A stretch of 30,896 nt of DNA from an uncultured bacterium (lineage in GTDB: Bacteria > Lernaellota > Lernaellaia > Lernaellales > Lernaellaceae), in assembly GCA_964534375.1 (NCBI GenBank), contig CAZHPN010000062.1, positions 1 through 30,896 on the forward strand, written 5' to 3'. The position numbers and the translations under genes were made by a program. The notes under the pieces are model-generated. The model made no database searches, was not told the DNA's origin, and was given only the letters and a program-made list of their open reading frames with translations. Of the stretch, positions 1-7,299 are shown piece by piece (within the stretch, counting starts at the first letter, position 1; each line of letters opens with the position of its first letter).

Positions 1-183
1 GTCGGGGAGGGGCAGGAAACTTCGGCGGGAGCCGAAATTTCCGGGGAGAGGTCTGTGCGACCGACAAAGAGCGCAAATCTGCGCCATTTGAAGCATCGCC
101 GCTCTTAATCCTAAAGCCTATGCCGCGTCGGGGAGGGGCGGAAAATTTCGGGAACCGAAATTTTCGGGGAGGAGTCGGCGCGA
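1..183. repeat. Two direct copies (1-60, 127-183) of a REP-like palindromic element
   Basis: Both read GTCGGGGAGGGGC-hairpin-GGGGAG. Copy 2 has a perfect stem GAAAATTTCGG-gaa-CCGAAATTTTC (141-165); copy 1 has an imperfect version. Confidence 0.75.
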
Positions 184-232
184 GGAGTCGCGCATTGCAT
201 CGGTGTTCATGCAAGAGGCTCAGAGGCCAAAG

Positions 233-262
233 TTGACAGACACGAACGGTTGAGGTTAGTTT
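233..262 (+). promoter_or_regulatory. Putative sigma70 promoter for 287..949
   Basis: TTGACA (233-238), 18-nt spacer, TAGTTT (257-262), upstream of a GGAGG SD and the GTG start. Confidence 0.4.
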
Positions 263-286
263 GCAGCTAGACAAGACGGAGGAAGC

Positions 287-949
287 GTGCGCAAATTTTT
301 GCTCTGTGCGATCATCTTGATGACCGCCGCGGCGTTGGCGTGTTCGCATGGCTGCGCCACGAAAAGACACGAAGCGAGCCCCATCGATTGCCGCGATCCG
401 ATCGAGACCTGGATGAATGTGTGCCACTTTCCAATCGTCATGGACGGCGTCAATCCGATGACGTTCCAGCAAGCCTACGATTCCTGCCACGACAATTGGG
501 GCAGCGTCTGGTGGCAGTTCGTCCGCTGCTACAACTCGACCTATTTGCCGCAGAACAAAAGCTGCGCGGCGTTCCTCGCCTGCGTGCCCGAACATGGTTT
601 TGTCACGCCGCCGGCCGACGACGATACCGCCGCCGACGACGATGACAACGACGACACGTCGCCGCCCGTGGACGACGACGCCTCGCCGCCGGCGGACGAC
701 GACGATACGACGCCGGCGGATGACGATCAGACGCCGCCCGACGACGACGACGACAACGACGACGACAATGACGACAACGACGACACCTCGCCGCCGGCCG
801 ATGACGATACCCGGCCGCCCGACGACGACGATCTGACGCCGCCAACGGATGACGATGCCACGCCGCCGACGGATGACGACGCCACGCCGCCGACGGACGA
901 CGACGCCTCGCCGGCCGCCGCGCCGGCCGAGGAAGCGCCGCGCTGGTGA
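287..949 (+). CDS. Predicted lipoprotein: small Cys-rich domain plus long Asp/Pro/Thr-rich tail
   Basis: GGAGG SD and GTG start; signal MRKFLLCAIILMTAAALAC with lipobox-like ALAC; several Cys; ~110-aa tail of DDD[AQT][ST]PP repeats. Confidence 0.85.
   Translation: MRKFLLCAIILMTAAALACSHGCATKRHEASPIDCRDPIETWMNVCHFPIVMDGVNPMTFQQAYDSCHDNWGSVWWQFVRCYNSTYLPQNKSCAAFLACVPEHGFVTPPADDDTAADDDDNDDTSPPVDDDASPPADDDDTTPADDDQTPPDDDDDNDDDNDDNDDTSPPADDDTRPPDDDDLTPPTDDDATPPTDDDATPPTDDDASPAAAPAEEAPRW
836..912 (+). repeat. Intragenic 24-bp tandem repeat (about 3 copies, encodes PPTDDDA[TS])
   Basis: Units of the form acgccgccgacggatgacgacgcc are visible in tandem. Confidence 0.75.
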
Positions 950-959
950 CGCGCCGCAC

Positions 960-2672
960 GTGATCGCCGACGGCGCCCGCGAGCGAACGACGCCCGGGTC
1001 CGCCTCTATTCCTTCCAGCGCGCCGCTGTTCACCCGCGCGGCCGTGCGGGCGGCGATGGTTGTGTTTGCCGTCGCGACGGCCGTCTATTTGCCCAAGACG
1101 GTCAACCGCTTCACCTTCGACGATCGCATCTTCATCTTGCTGGACGCGAATGTACGCGACGTGCACGCCGCGCTGGGCGAGTTCGGCCGCGATCAGGCGC
1201 GGCTGTATCGGCCGTTGCGTTCCGTCGCGCTCGCCTCGTTGACGTCGGCGTTCGGACGGCAGCGGCCTCTGCCGTTTCATGTCGCCGGCATCCTTCTTCA
1301 CGCCGCGTGCGCCGCGCTTCTCACACTGATCGTCTGGCTGCTCGTCGCCGATCCGCCGGCGGCCCTGTTCGCCGGGCTGATTTTCGCGCTGCACCCCGTG
1401 CACGCCGACCGCGTCGCCAACATCACCGGAAGTTTCGACCTGCTCGGCCTCGCGCTCGGCTGGGGCGCGTGGCTGCTCGCGCTCCTGTACGACCGCGGCG
1501 CGCGTGCATGGACCGCCGGCGCCGCGGCGCTCGCCCTCCTGCTCGGTTGCCTTGCGAGCGAAGAAGCGCTGATGGTCTGGCCGCTCGCCGCCGCCTGTTT
1601 TCTGCTGTGGCCGGGCGACCGCCGGCGGCGCCGGCGTGTCATGGCCCTTTTGACCGCGGTCGTCGCCGGCTATTTGCTGGCCCGTTCGCTCGTGCTGGGC
1701 GGCGCGGCGCGCACCGCCGCGTACGCCGCCGGCAGCCTGTCCAACACGATTTGGACGATGGCCGTGGTCGCTTGGCGCTACGTCGGCTTGCTCTTTTTCC
1801 CGGTCGGCTTGAGCGCCGCCTACGGGCCGACCGTCCGCACGCAGCTCGATCCGGCGGCGGCGGCGGGGCTGCTGGGCATCGCGGCGCTGCTCGGCGCGGC
1901 CGTGGCGCTGCGCCGGCGCCCGGCCATTTCGCTGGCGATTGTTTGGTTTTTCCTGGGGCTGGCCCCCTTCAGCAACTTGTTGCGGGGCGACACGTTGATG
2001 GCGGAGCGCTACCTGTATGCCGGCTCGGGCGGCTTCGCGCTCGCCGCGGGGTTGCTGGCGGCGGGCCTGCGCGTCCGGCGGCGCGCGGCGACCGCGGCCA
2101 TGGCCGTGGTGCTCGCGATTTATGCAGTCGGCGTCGTCTCGCGTTGCGCCGCGTGGGGCCGGCCGGTGCAGCTCTGGACTGAAGCGGCCGTCCGCGAGCC
2201 GAACAGTTTCTTGGCGAACCTCAACGCCGGCTACCATTCGCTCGTCGCCGGGAAAACGAACAACGCCGAGCGCTTTGCGGCGCAGGCGCGCCGGCTGGAG
2301 CCGCAACGCGCGGAGCCGTTGATGCAACTCGCGGAAGTCGCGTTCGGCCGGCACGCGGACGGCGAAGCCGTGCGCTGGCTGACGACGGCGACGGAGACCG
2401 ACCCGGCGTATTGCCCGGCCTTCAGCGCGCTGGCGAAGGCGTGCGTGCAAACGAAAGACTATCCGCGGGCGGCGCGCACGGCGGTCGCCGCATTGAACTG
2501 TGATCCGCAAGAATCCGGCGCGCACTACGTGCTGGCGTATTTGTTGGTTGCGGCCGGGCATTGCGACGAAGCCGCCGCGCATTGGAGCGCGATCATCCGC
2601 GCCCAGCCGGAGCCGCCGGATTATCAGGCCGCCATCGAATTGCGCGCGCATTGCGCGCGATCAAAAGACTGA
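960..2672 (+). CDS. TMTC-like membrane glycosyltransferase (GT-C fold) with C-terminal TPRs
   Basis: F-T-F-DD in the first loop, LYRPL, HPVHADRVANITG and AERYLY motifs, multiple TM helices, TPR-like C-terminus. Start uncertain: in-frame GTG at 960 or ATG at 1056. Confidence 0.8.
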   Translation: MIADGARERTTPGSASIPSSAPLFTRAAVRAAMVVFAVATAVYLPKTVNRFTFDDRIFILLDANVRDVHAALGEFGRDQARLYRPLRSVALASLTSAFGRQRPLPFHVAGILLHAACAALLTLIVWLLVADPPAALFAGLIFALHPVHADRVANITGSFDLLGLALGWGAWLLALLYDRGARAWTAGAAALALLLGCLASEEALMVWPLAAACFLLWPGDRRRRRRVMALLTAVVAGYLLARSLVLGGAARTAAYAAGSLSNTIWTMAVVAWRYVGLLFFPVGLSAAYGPTVRTQLDPAAAAGLLGIAALLGAAVALRRRPAISLAIVWFFLGLAPFSNLLRGDTLMAERYLYAGSGGFALAAGLLAAGLRVRRRAATAAMAVVLAIYAVGVVSRCAAWGRPVQLWTEAAVREPNSFLANLNAGYHSLVAGKTNNAERFAAQARRLEPQRAEPLMQLAEVAFGRHADGEAVRWLTTATETDPAYCPAFSALAKACVQTKDYPRAARTAVAALNCDPQESGAHYVLAYLLVAAGHCDEAAAHWSAIIRAQPEPPDYQAAIELRAHCARSKD

Positions 2673-2724
2673 GAGGCTGAGAGGCTGAGAGGCTGAGAGG
2701 CTGCGCAAGACTGAGAGACTGCGC
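2667..2724. repeat. 8-bp tandem repeat (G[AG]CTGAGA)n
   Basis: gactgaga ggctgaga ggctgaga ggctgaga ggctgcgc aa gactgaga gactgcgc; the first unit contains the upstream gene's TGA stop. Confidence 0.85.
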
Positions 2725-2902
2725 GCGCCGGTGACTGGGAGACCAAAAGTTTGGTAGGTCAGCATCCGACCTCCCAGCCCTGCGGCCATGCCGCGCAGTC
2801 CTGCCGCGCCCGGCGCGCGGCGCAGCCTCTTGGTCTTTTGAAATGGTTCTCGGGCGACTTGCCGACGCCCAACATCGTTCACAGCTTCCCGTGAAGAGCG
2901 TC

Positions 2903-2943
2903 AAAAAACAAAACCCCGCGGACCTTTCGGTCCACGGGGTCTT
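2903..2943 (-). terminator. Rho-independent terminator of 2974..3624
   Basis: Minus strand ACCCCGTGGACC-GAAA-GGTCCGCGGGGT followed by TTTGTTTTTT. Confidence 0.9.
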
Positions 2944-2973
2944 TCGGTCATTGCGTTGACAGTTAACGGAGCG

Positions 2974-3624
2974 TTAGCAACCGCAACCGCTGTTGTTGTT
3001 CGAGCCGGGATGCGGAACCGGCGACTCGTCGTCGTCGGTCGGGCTGATTTCGCCGCCCGAGAAATCCCACACGCCGGACACGAAGGTCGCTGCCGCATCG
3101 TCGCCGGTCAGCGTCCAGGCGAAGCCATCGGTCCCGGCCGCGTCGGTCGTCGCGACGAAACTGAAGGTCAACGTCTCGCCTTCCTTAATGTCGCCGACTT
3201 CCGCTGAGGAGACCATTCCCTGGAATTCCCACGTGATCGTCGCGGTCGCTTCGGCATAGTCGGCTTTCCACGTGCCCAGGGTCGGATGCAACGCCTTCGG
3301 GGCCGCTACGGTTCCGTCCACCTTGTACGTCTTGCTGGGCAACGAAATGTCGACTTTCTTGATAGCGATCGTGCCGCCATTTTTGTTGAACACGTCAAAC
3401 GCGAAATCGTACTGCGTGTTCGCTTTCAGCATCACGGGATACGCGCCGCCGGCCGTGCCGGTCAAGCCGAAGATGTCGGTTGAGTCGTCGTCGGCCGGTG
3501 GTGAAGCATCATCGTCTGCGGGCGTCGCATCGTCGTCCGTCGGCGAAGCATCATCGTCCGCCGCGTACGCAACCACCGCCATGGCGCAGACCATCAGAGC
3601 GATCAACAGAAATTTCTTGAACAC
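2974..3624 (-). CDS. Secreted protein: Asp-rich linker, probable beta-sandwich domain, C-terminal GCGC
   Basis: AAGGAGG SD before GTG at 3624; signal peptide ending AYA; DDDASPTDDDATPADDDASPP linker; alternating beta-strand pattern; ends SNNNSGCGC-TAA. Confidence 0.85.
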   Translation of the reverse strand: MFKKFLLIALMVCAMAVVAYAADDDASPTDDDATPADDDASPPADDDSTDIFGLTGTAGGAYPVMLKANTQYDFAFDVFNKNGGTIAIKKVDISLPSKTYKVDGTVAAPKALHPTLGTWKADYAEATATITWEFQGMVSSAEVGDIKEGETLTFSFVATTDAAGTDGFAWTLTGDDAAATFVSGVWDFSGGEISPTDDDESPVPHPGSNNNSGCGC

Positions 3625-3906
3625 CTTATTCCTCCTTTCGTCCGCCGTTCCGGGCCATTTCTTCTTTCGGGCCAAGAACAAGCGGCCCCTGCTAAGTAGT
3701 GCGCCATCACCTCCTTTTCGATAAACTTCTTAAAGCATACGCAAAAAATCGTACTCTCCGGTCATGCTTTCTGCCGGTGAGATACCGCTCGCAAATTTAT
3801 TACCACGGGTTGGCAAGGGAATGCAACAAAAAAATTAGTGCGCGATTCCGCGGGTCTTTCGCCTGTGCGGCGAAGGGCTTGAAGGATTACTTCATAACTC
3901 AAAATA

Positions 3907-6276
3907 TTATTCAGTTGCGACAGCCGGCAAGCCCGAGTCTTCGGCGAACGCCGCGCCCATTTCCTGCAAACCGGCGAGGGCGCCATGGTGTTTCGGGTTG
4001 ATATTCAAGGCTTTTTTGAACCAGCGCACCGCCTCGTCCACGTTGCCTTCCGTCTGGTAGCTCAGGCCCATGGCGTACATCGCTTCGATGTTTTCCGGCG
4101 AATCTTCCAATAATTCTTGCAGAATAATCCGCGCGTTGCGGGGGTGGGCGTCGATGTTCAACGTGGCGAGGGTCAGCCGCGCCTGTTCGTTCTTCGGATT
4201 GATTTCCAGCGCGCGGTGGATGTGCGGACCGGCCTCGGCAAGGTTGCCGGAGTCAGCGAGGATATACCCGAGCGTGGCATGGGCGTCGGCGTTTTCCTCG
4301 TCCTTCGCCAGCACGTCGCTGAGCAGGCGCTCGGCTTCGTCAACGCGCTTTTGCCGATAACGAAGCTGCGCGAGATTGATCGCCGCCTTCGCGTAGTCGG
4401 GTTTCTCGGCCAGCGCTTGCCGCAGGTACGCCTCCGCCTTCTCGAGATTGCCCAGGCGCATGTAGTCAAACCCGACCTCGTTGAAAAGGCTCGCGTTGTG
4501 CGGCGTCAACGTCAGCGCCGTGAGGAAGGCTTTGTTGGCCAGATCCCACACCTGCCGCTGCTGGAAGCAGAAACCCATCTTCTCGAACGCGGAGCGGTTG
4601 TCGCGGTAAATCACGAGGCTGCGCTGATAGTATTCGATCGCCGTGCGGCAGTCGCCCATGGCGCGGTAGATTTCGCCGTAGTTGTACAGCACGGCGCTGT
4701 TGTGCAGCCGCGTACGGCTGGCGAGCTTCATCAATTGCAGCGCCTCGTCGAAGCGGTGCTGCTCGGCGTAGATGCCCGCGAGGTCGTTGTAGATCCACGC
4801 CGGCTCTTCGCGGTCGCGGGGCGCGAGGTATTCCAGGGCGCGGTTGAGGATTTTTTCCGCCTCGTCGTACTTCTTGTCCAGACGATAGACGTTGCCCAGC
4901 ACGACGTAGAGCAGCGTCGCGTTCGGCGCATCGGCGATCATCTTGTTGAACAACTGCTCGTTCTTGTACCAATCGGTATTGCGGCGAATCGTCAGCGCGG
5001 TATAGGACACCAGCAGCGCGGCCGTGACGACGAGCGCCGCGGTCCGCCGCCCCGCCACGTTGGTCGCCCACTCGCGATCCGCCGCCCAGGCGCCGATCTG
5101 GCCGATCAGCCGCGCCAGCGCCGCCGCGAGCACAAAGCAGACCGCGACGCTGGGCAGATACAGGAACCGCTCGGCCGTCATGAAACCCATGTCTTTCGGG
5201 CCGCTGATGCGCACAAAGTTGGACAGCGGCCCCAACGTGAGCATGTAGAACATCAAGGCGAACGATATCGTCGGATCGCGCTTCACGGTCGCCGCGGTCG
5301 CCGCTAACATCAACGCGAGGAAAACGAAGCCGGCCAGAAAGCCCGGGTCGAACGGCGATTCCACCAGCGGGTTTTGGATATACGCCGACAAGTGCACGGG
5401 CACGAACGTCTTCAACGTGTAGTAGCCGAGCGTCTTGACGAAGGTCAGAATCGTGGCGAGCGCGTTGAACGGATCTTTCGCCTGCGGGCTGAAACCGATC
5501 CGCCACGACCGGAAGAGGAAGTACGCGCCGACGATCGCCAATAGCAGCGCCGCTGGCGACAACAGCCAGGCCGCGCCCCGCGGCTTGCGGGCGTCCTTCA
5601 CAAACACCAAGGCGTAGGCCGCCGCGACCAGCGGCAGGGACACCGCCATCTCCTTGGCCAGCAGGCTCAGAACAAACACCGCCGCCATGACGGCGAGCAA
5701 ATGCCAGAACGGCTTGTCCTTGGCGCGCGGGTCGGCGCCCGGGGGCGGCGCGAAACCGCGCCGAGCGGCGACGCGTTCGACGAAGAGCATGTACGCCAGG
5801 AACGCCGCCAGGAAAAAGAGCGCGCAGAGCGGGTCGGTGCGGCCGGCGATCCACGTCACCGATTCGGTGTGGATCGGGTGCACCGCGAAGATGCCCGCGG
5901 CAAGCAAGGGCGTCAGCAACTTGCGGTTCACCAGTCGATAGAAAATGAAGAAGACCAGCAGCGTCGAGACATAGTGAATCAACAGGTTCGTCAAATGGTA
6001 GCCGGCCGGTTCTCCGCCGTGGAGCTTCCAATCGAGCGCATAGGTGATGGTCACCAGCGGCCGGTAGTAGCCGTACTTGCGGTTGTCGTCGGAGAAACCG
6101 AAGAAGTCGCGGGTGAAGATTTCCTTGAGGAAATTCCAGCTTTTGATTTGATAATCGAAGACGATGAGGCTGACGTCGTCCCAGATGAATTCGCCCTTGG
6201 GCGCGTTCCAGTAAGCCACGGCGACGCACGCCGCCAGCAGCACCACCGCCAACGCCAACTTGACTCGCAGACTCAT
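3907..6276 (-). CDS. TMTC-like membrane glycosyltransferase (GT-C fold) with long TPR array
   Basis: F-I-W-DD, YYRPL, HPIHTESVTWIAGR, LLAKE and AERFLYLPS motifs; roughly 9 TPR-like repeats; ATG at 6276 with GGAAGGA SD. Confidence 0.88.
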   Translation of the reverse strand: MSLRVKLALAVVLLAACVAVAYWNAPKGEFIWDDVSLIVFDYQIKSWNFLKEIFTRDFFGFSDDNRKYGYYRPLVTITYALDWKLHGGEPAGYHLTNLLIHYVSTLLVFFIFYRLVNRKLLTPLLAAGIFAVHPIHTESVTWIAGRTDPLCALFFLAAFLAYMLFVERVAARRGFAPPPGADPRAKDKPFWHLLAVMAAVFVLSLLAKEMAVSLPLVAAAYALVFVKDARKPRGAAWLLSPAALLLAIVGAYFLFRSWRIGFSPQAKDPFNALATILTFVKTLGYYTLKTFVPVHLSAYIQNPLVESPFDPGFLAGFVFLALMLAATAATVKRDPTISFALMFYMLTLGPLSNFVRISGPKDMGFMTAERFLYLPSVAVCFVLAAALARLIGQIGAWAADREWATNVAGRRTAALVVTAALLVSYTALTIRRNTDWYKNEQLFNKMIADAPNATLLYVVLGNVYRLDKKYDEAEKILNRALEYLAPRDREEPAWIYNDLAGIYAEQHRFDEALQLMKLASRTRLHNSAVLYNYGEIYRAMGDCRTAIEYYQRSLVIYRDNRSAFEKMGFCFQQRQVWDLANKAFLTALTLTPHNASLFNEVGFDYMRLGNLEKAEAYLRQALAEKPDYAKAAINLAQLRYRQKRVDEAERLLSDVLAKDEENADAHATLGYILADSGNLAEAGPHIHRALEINPKNEQARLTLATLNIDAHPRNARIILQELLEDSPENIEAMYAMGLSYQTEGNVDEAVRWFKKALNINPKHHGALAGLQEMGAAFAEDSGLPAVATE

Positions 6277-6366
6277 TTTCCTTCCGTTTCGGCCCCCGCC
6301 GTGCAAACGAAACGCAGAAGTTACCCAAGCGGGGCGGCGGTGTCAAACGAATCGCCGGCCGAAAGC

Positions 6367-6401
6367 AAATGCGGAATGGCGAATGCGGAATGCGGAATTG
6401 C
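6367..6401. repeat. Heptamer array (GAATGCG)x5, degenerate
   Basis: aaatgcg gaatggc gaatgcg gaatgcg gaattgc. Confidence 0.8.
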
Positions 6402-6522
6402 CGGCCGAACGCATTCATTGTTAAGCTGCACTGGCGCTTGATTTGTTCAGCGGCTCCGAATGCGGCGCGGTTCGCCGGCTAAGAGGGGAATCGACATTTT
6501 GGAGGAGTCAAAACCGAAGGTC

Positions 6523-7119
6523 ATGACGCGGAAGAGCGTCCGGGAGGCCGAGCGCCATTTGGGCGAGCGCGACAAAGTCATGGCCGAATTGGTTGCGAAA
6601 ATCGGGCCGTGCGCGTTGCCGCTGCGGAAGACTCCGCCGTTTCACATCTTGACCGCCTCGATCGTCAGCCAACAGCTTTCGACCAAAGCCGCCGAGACCA
6701 TTGAGCGACGACTGGCGGCGATCGTGCCGGCGCCCTTCGAAGCCGCCGGCTTCGCCGGCGTGGCGGTCGAGAAGATGCGGGGCGTTGGTCTGTCGTCCGC
6801 CAAGGGCCGCTACATTCTCGAGTTGGCGGCGCGCGTCCGTGACGGCCGCCTCGATCTGACCGCGCTCGCCGCCGTGCCGGACGAGGCCGCGATAACGGCG
6901 CTCATCGAACTGCCCGGCGTCGGCCGTTGGACCGCGGAAATGTTCCTGATGTTCGGACTGCATCGCCCCGACGTCTTGTCGCTCGGCGACGGCGGCCTGC
7001 AACGCGCGGCCAAACTCCTCTACGGCGGCCGAGCGAAATTGGCGAACGTGGGAAAACGCTGGCGGCCTTACCGTTCCGTCGCGTCGTGGTATTTATGGCG
7101 GCATTTGGAAGCGCGGTGA
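6523..7119 (+). CDS. alkA: DNA-3-methyladenine glycosylase II (HhH-GPD family)
   Basis: SIVSQQLS, HhH motif LPGVGRWTAEM, D-GGLQ catalytic Asp region, WRPYRSVASWYLW. Start ATG 6523 or TTG 6499. Confidence 0.9.
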   Translation: MTRKSVREAERHLGERDKVMAELVAKIGPCALPLRKTPPFHILTASIVSQQLSTKAAETIERRLAAIVPAPFEAAGFAGVAVEKMRGVGLSSAKGRYILELAARVRDGRLDLTALAAVPDEAAITALIELPGVGRWTAEMFLMFGLHRPDVLSLGDGGLQRAAKLLYGGRAKLANVGKRWRPYRSVASWYLWRHLEAR

Positions 7120-7125
7120 GAGCGG

Positions 7126-7230
7126 GAAGTCAGAAGGCAGAAGGCAGAAGTCGGAACTCAGGAGCCAGAAGCCAGAAGCCAGGAGCCGGCATTCCGCATT
7201 CCGCATTCCGCATTCGGCATTCGCCATTCG
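7126..7230. repeat. Two abutting heptamer arrays: (GAAGCCA-like)x9 at 7126-7188 and (GCATTCC-like)x6 at 7189-7230
   Basis: 7-nt periodicity read directly; the second array is the reverse complement of the 6367-6401 array. Confidence 0.85.
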
Positions 7231-7299
7231 GCTGGCCCTTTGGCGACTGTTTCGCTACCATGACGCCCGCCGACGGCGCTTAACCGAAAGAAAGGCAAC

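Noticed and set aside
2940..2976. Stop readthrough or selenocysteine extending the GCGC protein into a TM tail
   Set aside because: The stop is TAA, the downstream sequence is not hydrophobic-coding, and a terminator follows.
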